Below, piece after piece: positions 1-12,530 of a stretch of 64,000 nucleotides of DNA. Numbering within the stretch: position 1 is the stretch's first letter; every line of letters starts with the position of its first letter. Source of the DNA: Octopus sinensis (lineage: Eukaryota); NCBI RefSeq assembly GCF_006345805.1, contig NC_043014.1:29264001-29328000 (forward strand), written 5' to 3'. The notes under the pieces were generated by a model. It worked only from the letters and a program-made list of their open reading frames with translations. It had not been told where the DNA came from and did no database searches. Position numbers and translations under genes: made by a program.

Positions 1-1149
1 ACAACTTAGGAAACATTAATGAATAATGCATGTATACTATAATACAGTGTTCCTAATAAAAATTGATTATTAATGATGGAAGAAAAATCATAGCATATTA
101 TTAAAATAACCACACAGATACAACAGATTTGTAGAAAGATATATTGTTGACTGAAGATGAATACATTTAAAGCTCAAAATTCAACTTCCTGCAGTGATGC
201 TTACACCAATTATATTAGCTCTGCCTTATTCTGAGGATGAGATTATGAAGGACAAGGAATACTAAAGATGAATTTCGGAAGTCTACTATTCCAAATAAGG
301 AATATATACATATAAGTATGTAAGCATGTTTGTGTGTATGCATGCATACATGTATGTACCCCTATTAGTATTTTTATATCCTCATAGGCACATACTCGCA
401 TACTCGTATGCGTATACAATTTCCAGCCGGCATTCCCCACCGTCGACACATCACACACAAACATCCCTCGAACGACTAACACCAAAAATACAAAAAAGAG
501 ATTATATAAAATATAGAACAGAAAATATAGCAACAGCTGTAACTCTACCGGTACCACCTCACCACCATCACTGCAGCCAGCGTCGCTTTAAATACCACAG
601 ACATTACTTATATGAGCTGAAAGAGGAAGCTTCTAAATGGTCACGCGACCTACTAGAAAAAAAAAAAAGAAGGAACAGCCATTTAACCCTCAAAATACTC
701 TCTACCACATAAAGGACGAAAAGACAGATCGGGCGGTGTATTAAGTATACGAGTGCACTGCTTATAAATGAATTGAAATTGTCAAGGCTAGGAGGCCATT
801 GTGGTCGTAGGTCAGCTCAATCAGGACAAACCCGCGGCTAAATAACAACCATCACTAGTAATATAGCTAGTATTAATACAACCACTGGTATTATGTCCAC
901 CACTACCAATGCTGCTAACATTACTAATTACTACCGCCAATACACCACCTGTGAATTTGAATATAATCACCATTGCCACTACAACTAATACTGTGATCAC
1001 AACCATTATTTGTTACCACCGCCACTAGTACATACCCAAGCATCTCTTCCATCACCACGGACGGCACCAAATAACTATTAGAACAACGATTACATCCTGC
1101 AGAAACTCTACCACCGCCATCAACAGGCTGTAGAATCACGACGACAGCC

Positions 1150-1545
1150 ACCACCACCACCACCACCACCACCATCACCAACAACTAATACGATCCATAA
1201 CCACTACAGATAACACCAGTACCAACACCAATACCACCGCCAAAAAAAAAAAAAGAGAAAAAAAAACCCATCACAGCCTCCACCACCGAAACCATCACCG
1301 TCCCGACACCACCGACGCCACCGTCACCACCATCACCACCACCACCACACCACCACCACCACCACCATCACCAACAACTAATACGATCCATAACCACTAC
1401 AGATAACACCAGTACCAACACCAATACCACCGCCAAAAAAAAAAAAAGAGAAAAAAAAACCCATCACAGCCTCCACCACCGAAACCATCACCGTCCCGAC
1501 ACCACCGACGCCACCGTCACCACCATCACCACCACCACCACCACC
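1150..1545. repeat. Tandem duplication, period ~193 bp, junctions in (CAC)n
   Basis: The unit aacaactaatacgatccataaccactacag...ccgacgccaccgtcaccaccatc occurs twice with no visible differences (cgatcc at 1191 and 1384). Confidence 0.9.
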
Positions 1546-2449
1546 ATATCCACAATGGCCGGTACACAACCACAGTCTGCTTACTACAGCTCATATCTAT
1601 ACATCCTGTACAAACTGACTGGAATGTCACTGACCCGGTTCTGTGTACTCTTACGGCAAATGGAAGGGAAAAAAAAGAACATACATAAATACATAAATAC
1701 ACACACAGACACACACAGACACACACAGACACGCACACACATACACACACACACACACACACGCATGCACACTCACACACACGCAGACAGACAGGCAGAC
1801 ACATGCACACACGCACACACACATAAGCAAACACACGCTTACCTATATGTATATATATATATACGTAGGCATGTATGTATAGTGTTTGGGTATGCATATA
1901 TATGTATGTATATATGTATGTATGTACGTATGTATGTGTGTAAGTATGCATATATATGTATGTGTGTGTATGTATATACGTACGTATAAATGTATACATG
2001 AACGGAGCAAACTAAACTAACACTACTACTACTACTACTACTACTACCACTACTACCACTACTACTACTGCTGCTGCTGCTGCTGCTACTACTACTACTA
2101 ACTACTACTACTACTACTCTGACAGTTAGTTTCCTCTCTAAAAGTAGAAAAAGTAATTGTAGTAGTAGGCACTTGCAGTTCTTCGTGATGTAATAATAGT
2201 GAAAATGGTTTCGATACTTTATGTGCCACAAGGGCCCGAAGCGAAGAACATAACGTCCCAACATGTCACTACTACGATGCAACAGACGACGTGCGAATAT
2301 ATGCGCCAGAACCTCTCCCTAGACTTATAGACACTTTGGACACGTAAATGTGCGTTATATACAGCCACGTATGAATGTGTGTATAGATCAGTGTGTGGGT
2401 ATACTCATTCACACACCCACGCACACACACTGGCATTGTGTATGTGAGG

Positions 2450-2612
2450 TATATATATATATATGTATATATGTAATTATACTCTCGTGCATGAGGATGC
2501 ATGTACATACATGTACACGCACGTATATATACTCATATAAATACACACACACATATATATATATGTATATATGGTTATGTATCTTATATATGATATGATA
2601 TGATATGATATG

Positions 2613-2675
<63 letters not shown>

Positions 2676-2833
2676 TTATGTATATGCCATATAAAAATAT
2701 AACCATATATATATATGGATTTATGAGTATATATACATGTGTGTACATATATTATATATACATGTAACTCATGCACAAGAGTATAATTACATATATGCAT
2801 ATAAGCATGTATGTGTGTGTGTATGCATATATA

Positions 2834-2865
<32 letters not shown>

Positions 2866-2890
2866 TTATGTATGTATATGTATGTATATA

Positions 2891-2942
<52 letters not shown>

Positions 2943-3164
2943 ATATATATATAATATATATATGGTGTGCTTGTGTGCATTGTTGAAATGTGATTGTTTC
3001 TGTGAGTGGACGTATATATACATACATACGCACATAAACATGCACACACACTAACATATATGTATCTATATACATGTGTGTGTGTATATGTGTGTGCGCG
3101 CGTGTACGTGTGAGCTTTATTGCATATATGTATATGTGTATATACGTATATGGATATGCGTGTT

Positions 3165-3195
<31 letters not shown>

Positions 3196-3523
3196 GTATA
3201 CATATATACACACACACACAATCACGTGGGGGTGTTTGCGTGGGGAGGGATTGTGTGTGTGTGCAGTAAATGATCCAGTTTATCATATCTTGTGAGGCAG
3301 TAAATTTCCCTGATGGTCTGTCTGTCAAAAGCTTCTCCATCTGACCAAAGAGCACACAAGTGCGCGGTTGAACACGCATACACAACCGCACGCGCACAAA
3401 CACGTATACACATACACGCGCATATAAACACATACGCACACACATACAGACATGTGTGTGTATATATACATATTATATATATATATATATATGTACATAT
3501 ATTATTTATATATATATATTATT

Positions 3524-3554
<31 letters not shown>

Positions 3555-3568
3555 ATATATATATATAT

Positions 3569-3604
<36 letters not shown>

Positions 3605-3620
3605 TGTATCTATATATGGA
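2450..3620. repeat. Compound (TA)n/(TATG)n/(CA)n microsatellite tract (one of many in the window)
   Basis: Directly visible; accounts for the YI/HT/VC-repeat ORFs in the track. Confidence 0.95.
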
Positions 3621-3899
3621 TTTGTAGTTAAAAAACAAAAGATGTTAAATAAATGACTCAGTACTGGAGTAGAGTACAGATGTTTATGAAACAGGATGAC
3701 TGGTGACTTCGAAGAGTATTTGTGTGTGTATGTGTGTGTGTGCGCCCACGTATGTGAGTATGTGCATATGTGTGTAAGTTCCTTTGCGTCCATGTGACAC
3801 ATTGGTGTAGTACATGCCCCAGCTAGTTTAGTTTTCCTTACATGTAAGAAGAAAAAAATCAGTCTTGCAATAAAACCTTACAGAGAAGATAGCTGATTA

Positions 3900-4700
3900 A
3901 TCTCTAAAATCATAAATGAATGTGAATTGCTCACATTTAGAAAAAAAAGAACACTAACAAATGTTGTTAACCTCCAAACAACTCTTTGAACCAACATATC
4001 TACAGTAAATCTCCATATAAAACAAAATAGTATTCATATAGAAAACCGAATGAACTATCATTATTTATAAACAAGCATTCCAACGACGCTCAGTATCAAA
4101 ATACCTAGTCAGAAAGATAAGCCAGATAAATCTCCACAATCGTTTTCTGACATAGCGATATTCTAGCAAGCAGTACCCTTCAATAATGGAATAAAATCGG
4201 GTGATTCAAAGAAAATATTACGAGTCTTACCCAAATCACACACAAAGAAAAAGGAAGAATTCAGAGGAAGAGACATCATCTGGTTCAACCTGCCTTTTTC
4301 CCTAACTACAGTGACATGTATGGCAAAAAAAAGTCTTCTGTTATACTAATTATAAACATATCATGAGATTCAACGAAGAGATTAGATAAACCAAATACAT
4401 ATAATTAACAAAGTTTTCAGAAACCTGTATCCTATAACCGATTCTATAACCGAAATGGATCAAAGCAGTTTACATTATGTTGAAATTGTCTAAAACGGAA
4501 GTAACCTGCAAGACTGAGCGAGGAAAAAAGTAATACAAAGAATTGTCTATAGACTCATACACACCCTCTAGTCATATTTCGACTATCTGAAACTTTCTCA
4601 TTCAATTGTAGATTATATTGTACATTTAAAGTCAGATATAAACGATACACGTTTCGAATTATATGCGGAAAGAACGCAACGTCTCAGTTGAAGCTCGGTT
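3900..4700 (+). pseudogene. Decayed Penelope-like retroelement ORF (RT thumb to GIY-YIG region)
   Basis: Hand translation across frameshifts gives YRKPNE..INKHSN, RGRDIIWFNLPFS and IVYR, matching PLE motifs YRKPN..LYIH..SNHP, RKRNIIWFNPPFS and IVYKA. Confidence 0.75.
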
Positions 4701-5169
4701 GGGAGCAAAGGGAGAAAACTATGAATATAAACTGGGCAATAATAGACATTATTACACACATGTGAGTGAGAACACTTTGAGATATTTTTGGTATCTAACA
4801 TATGTCAGATACTGCGAGCGCTGCTTCTGATTGGTCAATCCATGGTGATGACCCGAGGTCACGGTGACGGCACTACTTTTGTCATTCATAAGTTACAACT
4901 AAACTTCATTCCTTACTTTCACGAGCAGGTAGAATGTAGCCATGTAATTAAACAAACATACTATCTTTTTTAAACCAGATATCACTTAAATATAAACATT
5001 TCTGGTGGTAATTCAATTTTTTGTTGCCAAAAAAATCACAACATATTTCGTCTGCTCGTCGATACTCTTGCAGTGCAGGTAGATCTATCAACAAGATGGC
5101 TACTGTTGTCGATATCAAGGTGAGTGATTTTGGTAAAAATATGGTCGTTTATTCGTGTGTAACAAATAA

Positions 5170-5273
5170 AATACCAAACTCATTCCCTATGGATACCGTA
5201 TTTATTACAAAGATACGTTTACAAGCCACTCGTTGTAATAAATACGGTATCCATAGGGAACTCGTTTGGTATT
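5170..5273. repeat. Inverted repeat: 41-bp arms (28 bp perfect + 3x3 internal loop + 10 bp), 22-nt spacer
   Basis: aataccaaac-tca-ttccctatggataccgtatttattacaa (5170-5210) pairs with ttgtaataaatacggtatccatagggaa-ctc-gtttggtatt (5233-5273). Confidence 0.9.
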
Positions 5274-5802
5274 CTCTATGTGTCATCGCTTATGTAAATA
5301 GTTTCAAAACACAATCGCTTGTGCATCAGGGAAAGTATAACGGAATAACGGAATAACGAAACAAAGTATGCCTGCTCAACAGAACCAATGAAAATGTGCC
5401 GCGATGAGGACACCAGGATAAAGTCATTTTTATAAGTTTTTCTGAATTACAAACAGATCCAATCCCATAACGGAAGTGAAAATTGCAAGAGCGGCACAGT
5501 AGTACCGGTTTTTACAGACAAGCGATTTACAAACAAGGTAACCAATAAAAAAACAGAACGACTATTTAGAGAGAACCGGATCTAATTGAAAAACAAGCTG
5601 GGAATGAAACAAGATTCTCCAACACCAAATATACAAACTAATACAGACGTCAAAAGAATAACAATTTAGTTAAACCGGATAGTAATGAAATCGACCAATA
5701 GAAAAGCAAAACAACCGAGGAACTGGCTAATCAAAAACAGGAGCACGATACTACTACTACTACTACTACTACTATTACAACAACAACAACAAAGACAATA
5801 GT

Positions 5803-6016
5803 AATGGTTTCGAATTTTGACACAATGCCAGCAATTTTAGAGGAGGAGTAAATCTAAGTAGTCAACTCCGGAGCTCAACTGGTGCTTATTTTCTAGACTT
5901 CTAAAGGATGAAAGACAAAGTCAATCTCGACGGAATTTGAACTCAGAACGTAAAGACGAACAAAATGCTGCCTAACATTTTGTCCGACGTGCTACCGATT
6001 TCATCCGCAGGCCGCC
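5803..6016 (-). mobile_element. SINE family D (tRNA-like head ggcggcgagctggcagaa), diverged copy
   Basis: Reverse complement aligns with other D copies; B-box-like gagttcaaattcc; followed by (AAT)n. Confidence 0.8.
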
Positions 6017-6037
6017 AAAGTAATAATAATAATAATG

Positions 6038-6093
<56 letters not shown>

Positions 6094-6095
<2 letters not shown>

Positions 6096-6442
6096 GTGCA
6101 AGGGCACTCAGAGAGCGCAAACCTCCGCACAGGCAATACCAACGTCCTCTCAACGATTAGCCAGAAATAATTTTTTAAATGCTCTCACAAACGAGAATAC
6201 TAAAAATGAACCCGACCGCTCTCAAAAATTAAGTTAAAAAAACGGAAAAAATAATCCAGAATTCTTGTCCGGTACCAGATCGATCCCAAAATCTAATCAG
6301 TTCGTGCCAGTTACGAGGCCAAACATTCATGAAAGTTTTATCCGAATCCATCCGTTGGTTCTTGAGGTATCTTATCCACGGACACACAAGCAAACAAACA
6401 CGACTGAAAACAATACCTCCGCCTTCGCTAAGGTGGAGGTAA
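6094..6442 (+). mobile_element. Non-autonomous Helitron/Helentron-type element (HINE/DINE-1-like)
   Basis: 5' subterminal acctccgcacaggc, 3' hairpin acctccgcctt-cgct-aaggtggaggt, short (CAAA) repeat before the 3' end, inserted in an A/T run. Confidence 0.7.
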
Positions 6443-6570
6443 TAATCCTTTCTACTGTTGGTATAACGCCTGAAATTTGTAGGGAGGGGAATAGTCGATT
6501 ACATCGCCTCCAATGTTTCACTGGTACTTAATTTATCGACCCCGAAAGGATGACAAGCAAAGTCGGAATT
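6441..6570 (-). mobile_element. SINE family D 3' half
   Basis: aataatcctttctac...tcactggtacttaatttatcgaccccgaaagg matches the D body and tail. Confidence 0.8.
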
Positions 6571-8033
6571 TAATTAAATTAGGACACATTAGTATAATTT
6601 TACCTAAAATCTCCGAGGGGATAAGGAGATAGACAAAGAACTTGTTTTACCAACATCCCAGTTGTAACTGAAATTGTTTTCAAGAAGACACTGTCTGTCA
6701 CTGATTTTTCTGTTATTCTGGGGTTTTTTTACGGGGTCAATTTTAATTCATAGACTAGTTTATCAAATCCTTTGTATATTTAAGGATGTTAACAAGCTAA
6801 ATATACTTTACCACAGTATTAGTAATTAAACCATTTTACCCCTTTTCTATGATGTTCTGCCCATGATTATTTTATTTTATTTTATTTTTAAAATTAGCTT
6901 TATTTATTTATTTATTTATAAAATTATTCTAAGTTTTGTATCTTTATAAATTTCATACTCAGCTTATATAAAGCTATGCTGATATATTCACTACTTATAA
7001 TTTAAAAAATCTGCTTAGACTAAAATTTTTAATATATAATTAGCATGTTCTTTTACCTAAATACTCCTTTATTAATACCAGTAAATATCATTTGATCAAT
7101 ATTCACAGATATCTGATAAGTTAGTATTTAAGTGTATAAATATTAAACTATTTCTATATAATTTCTTTTCCTCCCTCTATTGTGGTAAAAGTTTGAAATA
7201 TACTAAAATAGTATTCATAAATATTCTTAATAGTCTTTTGAATAACCCTAAATTTTATCTGTATACAACATAGCAGCATTGTTTTATAGTAGTTAACTGT
7301 AGTACTACATGATAAGACTTCCCCTGTCCTATTATCAATGGTCTGCTAGTGGGCGATCCCTTAATTATCAGCTAACATCTTATTTTTAGTTTTCTCTTAC
7401 TAAACCTCATGACATTACTTCAAATAAATCTTGTTTGTTCCTTCTCAAGCCATGCCTGGCTCATAAGGGCCGGTTTCCCGGTTTCTTGGCGTAGAGGTTC
7501 TCCACCTGGACGGGACGCCGATCCGTCGCAGGTGAGCTGCAAGATGCAGGAGGAAAGAGTGAGAGAGAGTTGTGGCGAAAGAGTCAGCAGAAGTTCGCCA
7601 TTACATTCTGCCGGAGCCGCGTGGAGCTTAGGTGTTTTCGCTCATAAACACACACATCACCCGGTCTGAGATTCGGACGTGCGATCCCTCGACCGCGAGT
7701 CCGCTGCTCTAACCACTAGGCCATGTACCTCCGCAAATAAATCTTGATTTTTATGACTATACCATTTAGAATGTCTGTCTACTCCACCAACTCTACCCCA
7801 AACAGATACTACCCTCTTTCTTGTCTCAGCTTTAAATATCCAGCAGATATTTAAAACTGACCCCGTAAAAAGAAACAGAATAACAGAAAAATCAATGACA
7901 GGCAGTGTCTTCTTGAAAAAAATTTCAGTTATAACTATGATGTTGCTGGTAAAACATGTTCTTTGCCTATCTCCTTATCCTCTTGGAGATTTTAGGTAAA
8001 CTTATACTAATGTGTCCTTCTAATTTAATTAAA
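6569..8033. mobile_element. Non-autonomous DNA transposon with ~180-bp TIRs and AT-rich interior (superfamily unresolved)
   Basis: 6569-6747 (tttaattaaattaggacacattagtata...acggggtcaattttaa) is the imperfect reverse complement of 7850-8033. Confidence 0.8.
7434..7733 (-). mobile_element. SINE family B, tail type 3
   Basis: tRNA-like head with A and B boxes as in other B copies; 13-bp TSD caaataaatcttg at 7421-7433 and 7734-7746. Confidence 0.9.
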
Positions 8034-8659
8034 GTCTATGTCTTTGTGCAGCTGAAGATTGCTCTACATTTTAAATTGATGTAATGAAATGATTGCATTG
8101 TTCAATTAAATGGAGTCGCATGAAACGATCGTACTGCATTAACTCTGGATATCCTTGTTGCTTATTTCGATTACATATATATATCTATATATATATGAGT
8201 GTATTTTACTGAGTGAAAGTGTGAGCGCGTGTGTGCATGCCCGTGTCTGTGTGCGTGGGAATAAACGAGTGTATGGTAGTGTGAGTTTGAAAAGGATTAA
8301 AATCGTGAATGTAAGTTTATGAATGGGTCACGAAAGTAAACCTATTGGTTATCACTGACCACTATAGTTCAATCACCAAGCAGCACCGCTTGTAGTTAGT
8401 GGCCTCACGAAAAACTTATATTCGCTGGCAGTAACGTCATTTATAGACTGGAAGGAAAACAGAACAATCCAAACTCCTGTACTGCTTAGGGAAACTCCTT
8501 CGAAATCAACTCTCTTGTGATGAGAAAAGCTCTAATATACAAAAATACATTGATAGATAGCGATCTCATGAAAACCGAGTCCAAATACTTCTAAAAACAA
8601 AAGAAAAACCTTCTGTTTGTAACCAAGAACCAAAACAAATGTTGTTGTTACTGCTTAGC

Positions 8660-8770
8660 ACTAGGTTAACGCTCACTCTAATCCCGCGAAAGGTGGAAAT
8701 TCGCGAAGTAGAAACAGTACTGTACTGTATATATTTTAAAATTATTATACATCTTCAATTTTTTATTTTA
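8660..8770. mobile_element. pogo/Tigger-like MITE fragment
   Basis: cgcgaaaggtggaaattcgcgaagtagaaac matches the interior of the 10259-10501 element. Confidence 0.55.
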
Positions 8771-8798
8771 ATTTTGATAGTTAATTTTACAGCATGAT

Positions 8799-9887
8799 TT
8801 CCAGGAAATCTACGCTCCCAGCTTAGTTTTTCTAATGCTCGTTGCTTAGTTTTTCTTGGAGGGCTGGCCGGATCTAGTAATCTCAAGATTAATCAGCCGA
8901 AATTACTACGATGATCCGGTTCTTGACTGAAGACTGAGGGTTTCGAATGTCCTGTCCGTGTTTATTGTATCGTCTTCTAAGAGTTATACGTTCTTGTCCA
9001 TGTTGTATTTTTCTACATACCTTAATATATATTCCAGGCGCTACGTACCCTCTTAACATTAATGTGAGCACATATTCTTAAAAATTGGTACGACTCTCTG
9101 TTTTTCCTCTCTCTCTCTCACTTTTACTTGATCTGTCCCTTCTCTCTCTTTTCTCTCTACTCATCCTCTTTTTCTCTTCTCTTTCCTCTGATTCTTTGGT
9201 CTACTCTTCCCCTACCCTTCCATTTCTTTGTCTCGCTTTGCACTCACAGGTCAATCTTCGACACCCATCCCTTCTCCTCTCTGATTCCTTCTTTCCTCTC
9301 TCTCTCTCCCTTGTTGCGTTTGTCCCTCCTCTCTCTCTCTCTTCTCTCTCTCTCTTCCTTCCTTTGCTTCTCTTTCCTTTCTTTTCTCTCTTCTCTGTCA
9401 CGTGACCGCTGGCCGAATCTGTCTCTCAGCTCCGACTAGCGACGTGTTAACATCGTTGTTTTCATCCGCCGCCAAGGCATCGCCGATAAGGCCTCCTTTC
9501 CAAATGCGCCAGAGAAAATTTGTTTGCTTGTTATCAGTCGTAAGACACTTGTTGTTTTCAACGTTAATGCTTCTGTATTTTCATTTCTGTATTCCATTAT
9601 TGTTTTTTGCCTTTTATATTCGTCCTTTTTGCTGTCCCGGTGTTCGTATGCATTCGATCCTTCTTCCAGGAATCTACGCTCCCAGCTTAGTTTTTCTAAT
9701 GCTCGTGCTTAGTTTTTCTTGGAGGGCTGGCCGGATCTTAGTAATCTCAAGATTAATCAGCCGAAATTACTACGATGATCCGGTTCTTGACTGAAGACTG
9801 GAGGGTTTCGAATGTCCTGTCCGTGTTTATTGTATCGTCTTCTAAGAGTTACGTTCTTGTCCATGTTGTATTTTTCTACATACCTTA

Positions 9888-9892
<5 letters not shown>
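8799..9892 (+). mobile_element. Family E element in partial-tandem arrangement (3' ~230 bp duplicated upstream), probably Penelope pLTR-derived
   Basis: 8799-9031 is a near-identical direct repeat of 9664-9892; ends in (TA)n; homolog at 53650-54330 on the minus strand. Confidence 0.65.
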
Positions 9893-9949
<57 letters not shown>

Positions 9950-10258
9950 TATATATATAGATATATATATATAATATATATGTATGTATATGCACACATA
10001 CACATATACATATATATGTGTGTGTATTTATGCATATTTATTATTCTATATATTTTTTTATTTAATCTCATGACATCTTTAGGATTACGGCCGTTTCGGG
10101 TTGTTTATCAGAGAGCAGTTGTCCCTATTATGTGGGCTATTATAGAGTTGAATTGTTTGGTGTTATCATGTTTTATTGATCTGATGAGATAACTTACTTT
10201 ATTTGGCATTTCTCTCTGAACATACAAAGTATTGTATTGTGTAGTATGCATGTTAATG

Positions 10259-10501
10259 CAGGCATCGACTATCGCGGGAGTTACGTTCAAACCCCACGCG
10301 ATAGGTGAAACTCCGCGAAGTAGAAACTGTATTGTACAGCACATTTAAAAAAATATTTTTATAATTTGTATATATTTATTTTATTATAAATGAAAAACAA
10401 CATCACGGAGGTATCGACGTAAGTTTAATTAATGAACCGCGAAAGGTGAACTGCGATAGATGAACCATGATAAGTAAACCCGATATCGCGAAGGATTACT
10501 G
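10259..10501. mobile_element. pogo/Tigger-like MITE
   Basis: Right end cgcgaaggattactg+TA; degenerate left end caggcatcgactatcgcggg; subterminal aaccgcgataggtg repeats. Confidence 0.65.
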
Positions 10502-10865
10502 TACACTCAAATTATTGTTACATGAAGAAGTTGCGAAACCGCTGTTATTCTTAAGGATGTCAGGTGGTTAAATAAATATACTGAACTCTCATACCACCTG
10601 ATTTTCTACGGTTTATATACTCCATACGAAATAATTTAATCGACCGAATCTTCTAGTTTTTTCAGCATTATACTCTTCCGTATGAGATTACAATATGGTA
10701 TGTTATAGAAGCCTCCTGTGATTCTATGATTCCATACATACACAGCAAATATATGTATGGATGTTGTGTTGTGTGTGCGCACACACACACACACACACAA
10801 CACACACACACACATAATATATATATATATATTATATATAATATATATATATATATATATATTTA

Positions 10866-11076
10866 CATGTTTATGTGTCTGTGGCTGTCTCACCACCATC
10901 GCTGACAACCGATGCTGGTGTGTTTACGTCCCCGTAATTTAGCAGTTCGGCAAAAGAGACCGATAGAATGAATACTGGGCTTACAACTAAGTTCTAGTGT
11001 CGATTTGTTCGACTAAAAGGCGGTGCTCCAGCATGGCTGCAGTCAAATGATTAAAACAAGTAAAAGAATAAAAAAA
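10866..11076 (+). mobile_element. SINE family A, 3' half
   Basis: gacaaccgatgctggtgtgtttacgtccccg...ggcggtgctccagcatgg...aacaagtaaaagaat. Confidence 0.9.
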
Positions 11077-11427
11077 TATAATATGTGTGTGTGTTGTGTG
11101 TGTGTGTGTGGTATATCAAAATGAGATGATAAGGACCATTAGACATGAAGCGTTTCGTCAGCTGTGTGACCCCTATGCATTTCGGTTCATTTTTTATTCT
11201 GACGGCTTCCTCTCACAGTACTAGACCTCCGGATGCGCCAGACAATGTAAATCTCACTATAGTAATGGGTATTTGAAAAAAAGTCTTAAAACATGAAGGA
11301 TAGCAACATGCAAGTGGGACGAAGTCTTGTGAACAAACAGAATATGTAATACGATATTTACAGTAGCCGAAGTGGCGGTGTCTTCATTTTTGATTGATGC
11401 TTCTTCGGTTGTCTTGCGTCGAATTCG

Positions 11428-11500
11428 ATTGAAAGGCTGGAGCGTACATAGCCGAACGTAGGGAAAGCAACAGTCAAGATGAGGATATTAGTCCGACTGA
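11428..11500 (+). mobile_element. Old degenerate copy of the hammerhead-bearing tail (family H)
   Basis: ttgaaaggctggagcgtacatagccgaacg...caagatgaggatattagtccgac aligns with ctgatgaaggctggagggtatatcagccgaaacg...caagatgaggacaaatatccgtc. Confidence 0.6.
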
Positions 11501-11835
11501 GGTGACTAGCGTACAGCTCAGAATTATAGAATTGTATATGTAATACAGTTCACCAAAAGAAGGCAGTTTTCTTCTGGGCAAAAAGGCAATGAGGCATATA
11601 AGTAATCACAAAGTGCATGATAAAGAATTGGAATTAAGTACTTTAGATCCGTATCAAGTCTTGCGTTATAAAACCTAGAGCAGAGCTTAACATTTTAAAA
11701 TGCATTACACAAAACAAACAAAAATATCACGCTTTAACTAGACCTGTGGGAAGGGAATATGAAATATATGTATATCTGTCTATAAATACATTTATGTGTA
11801 CATACATGCCTATATACATATATACGCATATAATA

Positions 11836-11918
<83 letters not shown>

Positions 11919-11924
11919 CATATA

Positions 11925-12112
11925 ATCGTTAGCTCCTACACGCATTTTTTCTCTCCTTGTTTTTTTCTGTGTATCTTTCTGTCGAAGAGCGTAGGCTCGA
12001 AACGTAAAATACTTTATCTATTCCTGAGCGCTATACTAATACATTTGTTTGTTTGTACTCCACCTGCCCTCGTCTTTTGTTTATTTTCGTAAACTTTCCC
12101 GTTATATATATA
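11925..12112 (+). mobile_element. Family F Penelope-type 3' tail with hammerhead-like motif
   Basis: tcttt-CTGTCGA-a-gagc-gtag-gctc-GAAA-cgt-a at 11974-12006; homologous to 15610-15960; ends in (TA)n. Confidence 0.7.
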
Positions 12113-12210
12113 TATACACACAAGCCTAGATTTTTGTGATGTAGTTTTAATAAAGTTATATATCTGATGTCACCATGAAAGATGGAGGATTGTGAAAATG
12201 TCTATATAAT

Positions 12211-12295
12211 AAACCGCGATAGGTAAACCGCGATAGGTGGACCGCGATAGGTGAACCGCGATAGGTGGACCGCGATATGGTGAGGGATTACTGTA
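12211..12295. mobile_element. pogo/Tigger-like MITE right end with five 14-bp subterminal repeats
   Basis: (r-r-accgcgataggt)x5 then gagggattactgta; a second terminus gtcgagggattactgta lies at 12531-12547. Confidence 0.65.
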
Positions 12296-12414
12296 TTCGT
12301 CTCTCTTTCTATCTCTTGCCCTTTATCTCTCTCGTAATTTCCTTCTCTCTCTCTCCTCTTTCTCTGCCTCTGTGTTTGTCTATCTGTCACTCACTCACTC
12401 TATCTGTCTATCTA

Positions 12415-12450
<36 letters not shown>

Positions 12451-12458
12451 TCTATTTT

Positions 12459-12530
<72 letters not shown>

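Noticed and set aside
1545-1700. ORF start MAGTQPQSAYYSSYLYILYKL
   Set aside because: It runs into (CA)n with no homology or splice support.
2180-2345. Exon-like stretch after ttgcAG
   Set aside because: No recognisable protein in any frame and no clear donor.
243-3800. Many ORFs of 60-160 aa (YI, HT, VC, MYVC repeats), here and throughout the window
   Set aside because: They are translations of stop-free microsatellites, not genes.
8930-8960. CTGAAGA..GAAT-GTC in family E called as a hammerhead
   Set aside because: GAAA is replaced by GAAU and no convincing stem I or II forms, so it is noted only as a relic.
12211-12280. Regularly spaced 14-bp repeats as a CRISPR-like array
   Set aside because: No spacers, eukaryotic context, and they are subterminal repeats of a Tigger-like MITE.
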